Origin: the human T2T-CHM13v2.0 reference genome, Homo sapiens
Length of the DNA: 64,000 nucleotides
Assembly: GCF_009914755.1 (NCBI RefSeq)
Contig: NC_060925.1
Strand: one strand, 5' to 3'
A program made the position numbers and the translations under genes. Shown here one piece after another: positions 1 through 15,327 of the stretch. Each line of letters begins with the position of its first letter. Position 1 is the stretch's first letter. The notes below the pieces were generated by a model. The model ran no database searches and was not told the origin of the DNA. It worked only from the letters and a program-made list of their open reading frames with translations.

Positions 1-600
1 CTAATATATCCAACTGTCTTCTTGATATTTCCATTTGAAGATTTAAGAAGGATTTCAAAATCTACCATCCCAAAACCAAATTATTCATTCTCCCTCTTTC
101 AGTGTGGTCCTCCCTTAGTGTTCCTATCTCAGGAAATGACACCCTGTTGTGTTATTCTTGACTCCTTTCATACCCCGCATCTCATATACGTATCAGGCAA
201 TGCCTCTACCTTCAAAATATATCCACATCTGACTACTGTTCTTCACATCCACCATTATTATTACCTTGGGTTTAACTACCAGTTTTTCCTTGGGTTATTG
301 TAGCTTCCTAAGTGGTCCTAAGTGATCTTCCTGCTTCCATTCTTCTTCTGCTCCGTATAACATTGAACACTTCATAGTACACAGAAGCTATATGTAGAAT
401 GTATGATCCTTGTAAAACATAAATTATGTTAATTTGTCTGTAGAGTCTTCTAACGACTTCCTTTTACACTTACATACATTGCAGTTTTTTCCTGTTGCTT
501 GCAATTTCCTAATAGATCCATTCTGTTTATTTCTCTTTTCTCATTTTTTAATCACTCTTCCTCTCATACATGCAATTCCAGCCATACCATCCTTGCTTTT
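1..600 (+). mobile_element. L2 fragment
   Basis: ctaccttcaaaatatatcc…cttcctaagtggtc…ctgcttcc L2-like motifs. Confidence 0.6.
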
Positions 601-918
601 CCTCACATACGCCAAGCATACTCACAGTGTCTAAAAGCCAGAAATCTTCCATGAGAAATTTGTGCTTTCAGGTGTTTCAGCTGCTGAGATCGTAGTGTTC
701 TGTTTTGTTCTCTTGATATAAGCTCTGAGAAACAGAAACTGTTTCTTTTATTTGGTTATATGGATCACAAGGATGAGAAGAATTCTGATTCAGTTAAGTA
801 ATGTAACTAGTACTTACATTTTAATTGCATAAGATTTTATGCAGCCTACAGATTTATTGTGTAAGTACCAAAATTGCTAATTCACATCAGTTGCTTTGTT
901 AGAAATTGACATCTCTGA

Positions 919-1221
<303 letters not shown>

Positions 1222-1495
1222 AGAAATTGACATCTCTGAGAAAACTGTAAATCTCCAGTGCATTTCAAAGATTTAAAAATTTTTTTTCACTTAACAGATC
1301 TTGGGAATTCATAAAGCTGCCTCATTCTCTTTAACAGCTATATAATATTCCATTAGAGGTATGTACTATAATTAAGTTAGCCTCACTGATGAACACATAC
1401 GCTGTTTTCAGTCTTTTTCTGCTATAAATATTCTTTTTCATCACTCTCTTGTGAGATTATATCTGCAGGATGAATTTGTAAAAGTTGAATTGTTG

Positions 1496-1812
<317 letters not shown>

Positions 1813-2074
1813 GAATTGTTGGGTCAAGAGTTCTGTGTATTCAAAGTATCAAAAACATTGCCTAATTGCTCTTTATTAGTTTTGTACCAGTTTGCATTCC
1901 TACCAGCAGTATTTGACTGCAGGGGTTGGCAAATGTTTTTCTGTTAAGGGCCAGATGGTAAATATTTTGGACTTTGCAGCCTACATATGGTCTCTTTCAA
2001 AAACTTTTCTTTGTATATATTTTAGTCTTGGGCCATAGTTTCCTAATTTTGGCCTATAATATAGCTGCAAGACT

Positions 2075-2412
<338 letters not shown>

Positions 2413-2799
2413 TTATCAAAACTTTTTGTCATTACCAACCTGCTGTGTGAACGTGATATCTCGTTTTATTAGTTTGCATTTCTCTTGTTGAACCTTAGTA
2501 TTTTGCTCTCTCTGAAATATTTGTTTGAGCCCTTTGCTTTTATATGTGTATTTGGTTATTTGTCTGTATCTTTACTGAACTATAGGTCCTATCTTTATCT
2601 TTTAAGGAAATTACCCTTTGTGATATGAAATAAAACCTTTTAAATCAGTTTATCTTTTTATCTTTTTGATTTGGTTTGTGTTTTCTCATCTCTAGCCATT
2701 TTTAAAGTCACATTTGATCTTTTATATTTTTATTTATAACTTGATCTTTTATTCTGGATTTTTTTGGTCATTATTAGAAAGGCTTGTCTCTGCGACTCA

Positions 2800-2867
2800 A
2801 AAATAATTCTTCCATAGTTTCTTTAATATTACTAAAATAATTCTTCCGTAGTTTATTTAATATTACT
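2800..2867 (+). repeat. 34-bp tandem duplication (2 mismatches)
   Basis: aaaataattcttcc(a/g)tagttt(c/a)tttaatattact x2. Confidence 0.9.
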
Positions 2868-2997
2868 GTTTTATTTCTTTATGCCTAAAACTTAGATACA
2901 TCTGTAAAATTTTTTGATGTGAGTTAGGGATCTCATTTTTCCATATGACTACCCTTTTCTTCAAATACTATATCCTGAATTTAAATGTAATGATAAG

Positions 2998-3280
<283 letters not shown>

Positions 3281-3949
3281 CTAAATAAATAAGTAAATGT
3301 AGTGATATGGAAAGTTGCTTACAATATTACTTCTTAGTATTGACTTCTCATGCACTATAGAACTCATTGTTCTGACTACATAAAACACCTAATTTTTCAT
3401 TTATGAAAAATTACAGAGCACATGCTATGTGGTCAGCTACTAATGATGAAACGTTGAGATGGCTCACCTGTAAGTTCTTCAGCATACATCTCCTAAGATT
3501 TTAGCATCTGTTTTACTATCTGTTGTCTCAATTGATTATTTTAGAAAGTATAGACAATTTTTCCAATTATATTATTGCCTCTACGTTTATTAGCAAACGT
3601 TCTTATGATAGAAACAAGCTTTTATCTCCTTCCCTTTGACATTATGGACTCAAATCATTATTTACCCTCATACTGTTTCTAATTTTCTGTTTATTTTTTC
3701 TAGCTCTGTGAGGAGGAAGAGTCATAGCTATCTCTTTCATCATTTTATCCCTAGAACCTAGTGCAATACCTACCACAGAGTGGTTTCCTAATAAATATGT
3801 ACTGAATGAATGAATACTTCAAGCAGTGGGGAGCTATTGAAGAATCTCAAGGGAGGATGTAATGTGAAATGATTTATATTTTGGAAAGGTAATTCTGATG
3901 TCATTATGGAAGAGAGCAACTTGAGCAAAGCTCAGAAAAAAAAAAGAAA

Positions 3950-4243
3950 GAAACAGGGGGTTGCCCTGTCACATCACCCAGGCTGGAGTGCAGTGGCACA
4001 ATTATAGCTTGCTGCAGCCTCAAACTCTTGGGTTCAAGTGATCCTCCTTCCTCAGCCTCCTGAGTAGCTAGGACTGCATGTGTGTACCACTACACCTGGC
4101 TGATTAAAACAAAATTTTTTTTTGTAGAGATGGGCTTTTGCTATGTTGCCCAGGCTGGTCTTGAACTCCTGGCCTCAAACAATCCTCTGGCCTCAGCCTC
4201 CCAAAGTGCTAAGATTATAGGTGTGAGCCACTGTGCCTGGTCC
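3950..4243 (-). mobile_element. AluJ
   Basis: Antisense Alu dimer. Confidence 0.88.
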
Positions 4244-5977
4244 AGGAAAGCTTTCCTTTGGGTTCTGTATCAGTTGGGACCTGATTACAGATAATCCAAC
4301 TCAAATCAACTTAACAAAAGGAATTTATTGGATTCCATAATCCAGAGAAGGGTTGAAGAACCAGCCACATGAAGGATGTAACTGGGCTTCAGGAACAAAT
4401 AAGAGCAAGGATGCCAGTGCCACTAATATTTTTAGTCTTCGCCTCACTCTATTTTTATCAGTTCCAGTTTGTTTGCTGATGTATCAATTAAATGTGGTTT
4501 AGGCATAGAGTTTATAAGGGTATGGTTGCTTCCTGAGTATCCATGTGGACTGAATTAGTATACCTTTGAAGGTATTGTAGAATCCAGGAGGAGACGTGGA
4601 GTATTAGAACTAGGTGCTAAGTGGAAAAGATGGATTTGAGAGAGATAAGTAATAAAGTTGACAGAATTTGTCCAGGGGGAAATCTTGAGCAACTGCTGGT
4701 TTGGTGAATCTGTTAACCATCTGAGGGAAATATAAGAAGCATATGCTTGGAATGGGAGGGAACATGATGAGTTTTGATTTTAGAGATGCTAAGTTGGAGA
4801 ACGTGTAGGAGCTAGTTGAATATAGACATCCGAAATCTTATAAGAAAGGTCTAAGCTTAAGTGCTTAGGAAGTCAGTAGCAAAGGTAAGTGTTATGGAGG
4901 TGAACAAAATAGCTCAGTCTGAGTGTAAAAGTAAAGAGAACAGGAATCTTGCAGAAAAGCTAACATTGAAGCCATGTGAACAGAAGAAGAGTATAAAATA
5001 AATTATAAGGCAATTAAGGAAAGTAAGAAATAAGAGTACCAAAGAATCCAAAGGAATTTTATCCATGAGGGATATGCCATTTAGGAATTGAAAAAAGTCA
5101 ATTTGCTTTGACCATTAGGAGATCATTGATGATGTTAATGAGAAAAGTTCCAGTGGAAAGTTGGGAGCTGATTGTATTAAGCTCAAAGGGTTAATGATAG
5201 AGATGAAGTAGAAGCAAACTAGGTAGAATTTTTTTCCTACAAGTTTGTGAAGGGAAGATGAATGAGGGCATTGTAGGGTTAGGGCATGAATGAGGGCATT
5301 GCTTTGTTTTGTTTTGGAATGGGAGAGATTAGTATATATTAGTAGTTTTAAACAGTAAATAGTCTTTTATTCTAGGTTGGATAAAATTTATTTTTATGTG
5401 TAAGTATTAACTGCCGTCAGTGTTTATTAGTGTTAGTGCAGAGAAAATGGGACTCAGACCAAAGACCTGAGTGCTAATCTCAGTTTTCCCTGAATAATCG
5501 CCATAATAATTATAATTACCATTTTATATTCCCTTCTATTTGTCAGTCATTGTGTTAGTAGGTCTTTTGTACATACTATCACTAATCCTCACCACAAATT
5601 TATCTCCAAGGTGAGTATTATGCTGTTGTATAGATAGACTCTGAGAGTTTACTTTTTAGGATTACATAGATTTTCAGGATCATGCTTTGATTTCAACACA
5701 GATATGTCTGATTCTGAAGTTGGTGCTCTTTTCTCTATATCACGTAGCTTTCTTTTCTAACCTAAAGTAGTTTCTCAAGTTTTGGCTCCTTGTTTCCTTA
5801 ACTGTCAGATAGGAATAGTTATATCTGTCACACCTATATCAAAGTGTTAAATGAATACTATGGTAATATCTGTATTTTGTTTGAAAAAATATTTATTTGG
5901 TTAAATACCAGACTGACCTTATCATTGTGGTCATCTTTAGCACTATCATTTGTCTAAACAGTATTTTACTTTTTAAG

Positions 5978-6499
5978 GTGGTGGTATCATGGATACAGAA
6001 ATGTCTGAAGATATAGACCACAACTTAACTCCTACCCTTGACAGCATGTCTTATGGAATGCCGAATCAAACAGGATCTGAAAATTCATTGCTGGATGAAG
6101 ATGATTATTTTTTGAACTCTGGGGATCTTGCAGGAATTCCAGTCGTTGGTAGTGACAATGAGGATGAACAGGATTTTAGTTCAAAGGACAATCTTGTTTC
6201 TTCAATTCATACTGATGATAGCTTGGAAGTAGAGAGAAGAGTCACACAGCATGAATCAGACAATGAAAATGAAATACAAATTCAAAATAAGTTAAAAAAA
6301 GACTTTCCTAAACAATTTGATCAGGTTTCTGTCTTTAAATCAATACGGAAAGATTTTAGTCTAGTAAGAGAAAACAGCAAAGAGACATTTTCTGGAAAGG
6401 AGAAAAATAGAGACCTAACTTATGAACGTGAAAAACGGTTGGATAAACCCCATAAAGATTTGGATTCAAGGTTGAAAAGCAGTTTTTTTGATAAAGCAG
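5978..6499 (+). CDS. ZMYM4: ZMYM4 exon 3 (522 nt, phase 1-1), acidic N-terminal region
   Basis: ttttaag|GTGGTGGTATCATG … GCAG|gtaata; ORF 5989..6519 covers it. Confidence 0.97.
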
Positions 6500-8246
6500 G
6501 TAATAATTGTTGGACTTAGAACCATAAAACACAATTAAAAATTACCGATCATAATATATAGCTTTTATTACTTTTGATGTTAAGTGAAGTATGAACGGTT
6601 AAATTCATTGTAAGCTTGTCATTTTTCTTTTGTCCTTGTTCTTTGCAGAGTGACTGAATTTCTCCCAGTAACTTTTGGTAATGGTATAAATGGTTGAAAA
6701 TAGCTCTAAACCTCATTTCTCCCTCCCCTGGTTGCAATGTTTTGATGAGAAAGGCAAGATACTTGAATCACCTGTTCATTTTCTTTGGTTGAACATTGGA
6801 ACCTGAAGTTGGATTTAACTTCTTTGTGCTGTAAGCACTAATTCAAACTGCTGTCTCACCACTTAGTCCAAATTAGGGAGTTATTTTATTTTTTTAATTT
6901 TAATTTAATTTTTTGTTTATTAACTCTCACCTCTATCTGAAAGGGAGTTTTTTTTTAATAAAAAAAACCCAAACATTTCTAATTTATGTTTTAGAAGTTT
7001 CTTGAGGTTCCTCCTGAGCCTCTTTGCCCAGTGTACCCTATACTTTAGCTTTAGTTAACATTCTTGAATATATCACATATTTCCTTCTATGCCTTCCTTT
7101 CCTCCTGCTATTCCATTTGCCTGCATGTCATTTTCTCTCTGTATATTTGCTTGTGAAAGTACTTCTTATCCAACAATGCCTAACTCATAAACCTCTTCTA
7201 CTCTGTCATCATTCTAACTGCTCTACATCAAGAATGGTTTCCTTATCTATATTTCCACAGCATTTTCATGCCTCATTATTTATAGTACTTATCACACAGT
7301 ATTATAGTTCTATATTTGTTTTACCTTACCTACTAGTGTAGGAGTTGAGGGCCAGATTGTATCTTACTCATCTTTGTATTCTTGGGGCCTAACCTGGTGT
7401 AGTAAAATAGTAATTCTTCAATAAATGTTCAATAGCTGTGAAGGAAAGCAAGTATTCTATACCAGTCCTTGTATTTCTTCTAACAATGCTAGGAAATGTA
7501 TGGTAGAAAGAACAAACCAGTATTGTTAAAAAGACAGCTTTTGAGTATGTACAAGTCTGTGCAAGGATATACTATATTTTTCTCTATAATTCAGTATATA
7601 TTTCCAATATCCCTTCTTGGGGTATGAGAGTCATGTTTCTCAAGGAACATAATGTCTAGTAGTAGAATGGACAAGACAAGTCAGGCCGTAGAAGTGCCAA
7701 TGTCCAGCTGAATAGCGTAAGATTTAATTTACAGTTAAAGACAGTGGTAGAAGAGTTTGTCATAAGGCAGTTCAAAAAGATGTCTTTCAAATAACTGAAA
7801 CTGTGTTTTAGGGATTCTTAGAAGAGAGATGATTTTTAACTTAGTGAACAGGGAAGGTTTTATAGAGGAGAGGTGAATTTTTAACTGAGCTGAGTCTGGA
7901 AAACTGTATAAAGATTAGGATAGACAGAGGGGACTTGGAATAGAATAAGTAGAAATGGGGGAGAACAAATGCAAGCAATTTTCAGAGCAAAAATAATTTT
8001 TTTTTTTTTTTTTTTAGGTTTGAGCAAGGAAAAAATGTAGGGTAAGGCTAAAAGCTAGGTGGGGCCAGATTGTGCAGAACTTTGAGTGAAAATACCTTTT
8101 GGGTGTTTTTGGGACCCAGTTCACTCTAACGAGCATCTTTGTTGGAAAAGAGAGGTGATTATCAAATGATAGCTTTTTAGGTCACTCTTTGTAAGATTTG
8201 TTATTCATATACATGTGTTTGTTTGTTTTTTTTTTCCTTTCAATAG

Positions 8247-8308
8247 CTAATCAAGTTGAAGAAACATTACATACCCATTTACCACAAACCCCAGAAACAA
8301 ACTTTAGG
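8247..8308 (+). CDS. ZMYM4: ZMYM4 exon 4 (62 nt)
   Basis: caatag|CTAATCAA … TTTAGG|gtaagt; ANQVEETLHTHLPQTPETNFR. Confidence 0.95.
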
Positions 8309-8671
8309 GTAAGTTTTCAGTGTGTATGTAGATTGCTGTAACTGTGACAAGTGTCAAAGTTTTCTTTATGTCAGTTTCTAAATTCTAACAATGTATTAGG
8401 TAGAGCACTGATTTTTTTTTTTTAATTTGCTTAATATTTGTTTAAGGTCATCATCGGAGACATTCTAAAAAGCCTCAAATCTTAGGGTCTTTATTTGTAT
8501 TTGGTATTTGGACATATAACACAATTACTTTTAGGCGTAGGCATAAGATCCAAAAGCTAATGAATGTCCATAGAGTTCTTCATTTCCAATGAGCTTTTCT
8601 TTGGGTGTTAAACCTGAAGAGGAATCATTTTAAAATCTGAATATTTATTAATCCTTTATATTGTGTTTTAG

Positions 8672-8842
8672 GATTCCAGCTACCCATTTGCCAATAAAGA
8701 ATCCATTGGTTCGGAACTGGGGAATTCCTTTGCATCAAATATTAGAATTAAAGAAGAACCTTTGGATGATGAGTATGACAAAGCAATGGCACCACAGCAG
8801 GGACTACTAGACAAAATAAAAGATGAACCTGACAATGCTCAA
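8672..8842 (+). CDS. ZMYM4: ZMYM4 exon 5 (171 nt, phase 0-0), IKEE/IKDE SUMO motifs
   Basis: ttttag|GATTCC … GCTCAA|gtaaac; DSSYPF…IKEEPLDD…IKDEPDNAQ. Confidence 0.95.
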
Positions 8843-9645
8843 GTAAACATTTCACCTTTTTTCCCCCCTTCTTTTTGTTCCACACATTGAATTATTCATT
8901 TGAGAGAGGAAGTGCTTAAGAAGTGAAATAGTTTGTTGACAGGGTGAAAGGAAACTCTTAAAGAAGGTTGAGGCGATTTGAATTACCATATAAGGCATTA
9001 ACGAGCTATATGAAACTTTTCCTGAGTAGTAATTAAGGCTTTTAATCATCTTTGTTTCTTAATACCACTGTGATTTTTGCAATGCATTTTAGCGCAAGGC
9101 TTTGAGAACTATACAGCAGATATGGTTGAAGATTTATGGTAGTTTATAAGTTTGTGGTGCAATCAAGTTTATGTAGGATAGTAAGCCTTTTGCAGTTAAT
9201 GCTAATGAAGTACAGGCTATATATGGATTTAAATATTTTTCAGGAGGGGTTAATGGACAGATCATCTTTGGAAGGGTTAATTGATTGAAGAACCAGTTCA
9301 TTGGATTAGTGGATAGAAGGTAAAGGAGGCTTTGATGAATGATACATGATTCCAAGTTTGAGATCTGTGAGTAATAAGAGTGAAGGTAGAGCTCTGCTAT
9401 TTCAAGGTTGCTCTGGAGATAAAATCATAGAGATCTTAAAACTGTGAGGTCCTGAAGTCAGCTAAGCTATCCATGCAGTTAATGATGTTGCTGTTGTTGG
9501 AATAGAAGAAAAAAGTTATATCAGATGCTGCAATCATTTTGAAGTGCAAGAAGGGGTCCAAGGGACGAATATGCAATAGCAGCAATTATTTGAGGGTATC
9601 TGTGTTTTGTAAAGATGGTATGAATTGGCTCTTTTTCTGAAATGA

Positions 9646-10332
<687 letters not shown>

Positions 10333-10362
10333 AAGTGCATTTTTCATTTAGATGTTTTTGGA

Positions 10363-10540
10363 CAGGATTTCTCAAACTCCACAGCATTGACATTTTGGAC
10401 CAGATAATTCTTTGTTGTGAAGAAATGTCCTGTGCATTGCAGGACATTTAGTAAGCATTTGTGGCCTCTACCTACTACATGCCAGTAGCAGCCTCCTCCC
10501 TTGCCAATTTTAACAAAAAATGATCTATTGAGAACCATTG
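10363..10540. mobile_element. MER20 (hAT-Charlie)
   Basis: attgacattttggaccagataattctttgttgtg…attgagaaccattg. Confidence 0.8.
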
Positions 10541-13500
10541 TATTAGAGTAAGCAGATGGAAGAATAGGAGATTGCAGAGGTTGGTGATTCATGTGAGTCA
10601 CTGAGTCAAATTGATGCTCAGTTAGCATGAATTCCATGACGTTCAGTGGAAGTTGGATGTGTTAGGGTAGTGATAAAGCTATAGGAGTTGGATGGATATG
10701 AGTATACTTGCTACAAAGAAGAAAGTAGAAGGAATATAAATAGATTTTTCTGTTCTATTTAAATAGAAGGTAAATAAAAGCATGTTTATAGAAGCAGGTA
10801 ATGGAGATCTTAGATATCTGAATTAGGGATAAATAGATGTCCCAACACCTGGGGAAAGTTCATGTGGCAGTATATGCTTCAGAAGACTACAGCCATGTCT
10901 ATATGAAGGGCAGATCTTGTATCTCTTCTCCTGCCCCAATGTGGGCATGCTGGCAGGGTACCAAAATCATCTCTTTCTTTTGTACTTGAACCATGTGACA
11001 CTTCCTTGGGACAAAAAGGCACTTAGAGCATAAACCAAATACAATAGGGGTAGAGAACACTGAGAAGGTTATTAGTATTGTTGTTTTCAGAACAATCAGA
11101 GGTTCCAGTGGCTGGAGAATATAAATAGGATGGAACAGATAGAAACACTTAAATTTTTATATACTTATTCAGAATTATAAAATGTGTTATCAAATACTGA
11201 ATATGAATATGAAGTTTCATCATGATTATGGGAAGAACTTCCCCAAAGGCTTACTCCCTGATTGATTGGACTTGAGAATTAAGCAGTAATGTGAGTAGGT
11301 CCTGGGCATAAGATCCAAAAGCATTCTTTACCCTGACCCCACAATAAGGGACTTGTAGTATGTGAGTGGATAGAGCTAGGTTTTCCCTGAGGAGTCCTTT
11401 TTGTTGTCAGCAATACCAGTCCTATAGGATCAGACCTTTGATAATTCTTCTAGAAATCCCCCAGAGCAGCTCTCATGTTATAAACTAGATATGTGATTCT
11501 TTCCTTCTTTTCTTTTTCTTGTCTTTTCCACACCCGTCTCCACCTTCCCTCCTTCTTTTAGAAGAGTATTGCCTTTCAAAATTGCATAATTTATTACTTT
11601 TATTCATTTCCCATGGACTGGAAAAGAGAACTCTAGTGTATTATATTATTAGTCTCAAAAAAGTACTATTAGCCTCTCATAAAATACTGATAGATTTTAC
11701 AGTTGTGGTCAGTGTTTACTTTTGACCATCAGTTACCAGTAACTTCTTTCATGGTTCAATAAAATCATAGCTTTAGTTTATGGCACCTTTTCAAAACTTC
11801 CTTTGGCTTTTCTTTGTGCTTAATTTAGGTAGTTTTGCTTTTAGCTCACTTCCTAATTCTCTTTTTTACACAATTCATTTTGGTCCTAATTTCTTTACTT
11901 TACTATATAAACAAGGTGCTGAAATGTGTGTGTATGTATTTAACTTCCTCTACCCATTTGCTCTTGGTTATTTCTTCAGTTATGATATTCTGGATTTGCC
12001 AGTCATTGTCCGTCCTCCTGCCTCTATTACTGGCATAATGTCATTGGGTCTCACAGTTTCATTTCTTCATTCTAATTCTATTGCATGTTTCTATAATGTT
12101 TTCTGTAGTATTTTTACAGTTACAGATGCTTTTACACGTACTGTGTTGCTTAATTCGCCTAACAACCCTGTATAAGATGGCCAGAGTAGAGGATGTTAAC
12201 ATTTATAGGTGAGAGAGCTGAGAGATATAGAGATTTAGTTACTCAAGCCCTCATGGCCAGGAAGGAGCCAATCTGGGGTCATAATCAAAGTCTTTTTTTT
12301 TTTTTTTTTTTTTTTTTAGTCTACCAATCTTTCTGTAAATAAAAGTTGTTTAATTTTAAAAATACCAAGGGAAGGTTTCAAAATAGATACTTTAAAGAGA
12401 GCCAGAGACCTCATTTTCCTCTTTTGCCTTTTCCATAGGGTCTAAAAACTGTACATTCAGTAAATACTACATTAAAGTCATGATTTCTTTTTCTTCTTGT
12501 TCATAATAATAGAGGACGAGCTAATGTGTAGTCTCTCATTGAAAGAACTCAATTAAAATGGGAAAGCAAATGAACTAATTGTCATAATAGTCATTCACAC
12601 AGTTTTGGAAAGAAAATGTAGTAATTCAAATGTTGGGGCTCTTTTAGCCATATTGAGTTAATTTGGCAATAGAAACTGTGTTATTCATTTCTAAAATACT
12701 TTCATGGGATATTAATATTGATCTTCATTTGTAGTAAACTAAGAAGGTAAAGGTATTGGTAAAGGAATTTTTTTGTGTTTTGGCATGTGTTTTTCTGCTT
12801 CTGAAAGCTTTTGGGTTACCAATTAGATATTTACTTCTCAGAAAATATTTATTAGTATTTGGCTACTCATTGATTTGTTTATCAAATACTTGTAAAATTA
12901 GTGATCATGGGAGGATCCAAACATAAACCAAACATGATTGTGCCTTGAAGGCATTGTGGACCATACAAACAGTACTTAAGATGTATACTATTTTACTATA
13001 TTACATAAATAATACGTACTCAAGGCTAAAGGAATCCAGCAGAAGTTTGCAATAGCCATCACAGAGACTAAGAGAGCTGACTGCAGACCGTTAATGTATG
13101 CCAATGAGTATTGGTTGTTTCTGGAGTTTTCTGAGATTAAAATAAAAATATTTAAGGAAATTTTCTTTAATACACTATATAATGAAGGAATGTCATGATT
13201 AGTCGATGTTAGAAAATCTTTTAATACATATATTTCATCAGCAGGTCAAATAAGGGTATCTGTAATAGTCACTTTATTAGATGCCAAAAGACATCTCATG
13301 TAATTCAGACATTTCTTAGAATAGATTTTTTCTTGATCATAGTAAGGAACTACTACTTCAGATCAGTAACAGTTATTGAAGTTGAAGTAAAATGATGGAA
13401 ATCTTCTGTTAATATTACTAAAAGAATACAAGTTGCGGATGTCATCGTTATTATTTAACTCTTGTTGGATTTTTACTTCAATCCATGTTAAAGAAATTAG

Positions 13501-13783
13501 AAGAAAAAATAATGGAAAAAGGGAAATAAAATTATCACTTGCTATTAAGAATATTTATGAAAGAATTAATAGAATTCATGAAAATTTAGTGGAGTACCTA
13601 GTTGAATTATACCAATACTTCTATAAATAAACTTCCCAGTTAGATGATATAATGAAAAAGATACACTATTCCCAGCAGCAACTAAAAAGTACTTATATCA
13701 AATACAACTTGAAATAATGAAGAGACCATCTTTTTAAATGTAAGAAATATGTAGATGTCAGTTATTTTTAAATTAAGATTTAA

Positions 13784-14095
13784 GGCCAGGTGCGGTGGCT
13801 CACGCCTGTAATCCTAACACTTTGGGAGGCCAAGCGGGGGGCGAATCACTTGAGGTCAGGAGTTCAAGACCAGCCTGGCCAACATGGTGAAACCCTGTCT
13901 CTACTAAAAAATACAAAAATTACAGAAATTAGCCGGGCGTGGTGGTGCATGCCTGTAATCACAGCTACTCGGGAGACTGAGACAGGAGGATCACTCGAGC
14001 CTGGGAGGTGGAGGTTGCAGTGAGCCAAGATCGCACCATCGTGCCCCAGCTTGTGGGATAAGAGTGAAACTCCATCTCAAAAAAAAAAAAAAAAA
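13784..14095 (+). mobile_element. AluS
   Basis: TSD aaatt(a/g)agattta. Confidence 0.9.
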
Positions 14096-14270
14096 TTGAG
14101 ATTTAGATTTGATGCAATTCTGATGAAAATATCAATGGTTAGGTTATGAAGTTTTGTAGAAGAATAATAGGCATGCACATACACACACTTATTACACATA
14201 TATTCTAAAAAATGGATGGAGAGGTTGAATGTGGCAAATGCTGTTAAATGGTTGAACATCATACAATTAA

Positions 14271-14582
<312 letters not shown>

Positions 14583-14749
14583 ATAAGTATCCTACAATTA
14601 GTTTCGTTAGGATAGCATGATATCATAAGATTAGTCAGACTGAAAATGATATAGAAGAGATAGCCCAAAAACAGACATTATTTTTTAAGAATTTGATATA
14701 TTTATCAATGGCAAATGAAAGGAATTCACTATTTAGAGAAAGATAAAGA

Positions 14750-15030
14750 GGTGGGCATGGTGGCTTATGCCTGTAATCCCAGCACTTTGGGAGGTTGAGG
14801 CGGGTAGATACTTGAGGTCAGGAGTTCAAGACCAGCCTGGCCAACATGTTGAAACCCCATCTCTACTAAAAATACAAAAATTAGCCGGGTGTGGTGGCAG
14901 GCACCTGTAATCTCAGCTACTGGGGAGGCTGAGGCAGGAGAATCACTTGAACGCAGGAGGCAGAGGTTGCAGTGAGCCGAGGTTGAGCTAGCCTGGGTGA
15001 CAGAGTGAAACTCTGTCTCAAAAAAGAAAA
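14750..15030 (+). mobile_element. AluS
   Basis: Dimer with small right-arm deletion. Confidence 0.88.
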
Positions 15031-15075
15031 ATGTTCATTATACATCAAAATGAGTAAATTCCAAATGGACTAAGG

Positions 15076-15327
15076 CAGGGGTTGGCAAATTATCAGTGGT
15101 GGGCCAAATCCAGCGCCCCCCCCCCACCCATTTTTTTTGTTTTTCCACCCACTGCTTTCATAAATAAAGTTTTATTTGAACATTGCCACATTCATTCATT
15201 TACATATTATGTGGGTGCTTTTGCTCCACCAGAGCAGAGTTGAGTAGTTGGGACAGAGACCATATGGCCTGCAAAGTCAAAAATATTTGCTATCTGGTCC
15301 CTTACAGATAAAGTTTGCTGATCCCTG
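15076..15327. mobile_element. MER58A
   Basis: caggggttggcaaat…aaagtttgctgatccctg TIRs. Confidence 0.8.
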
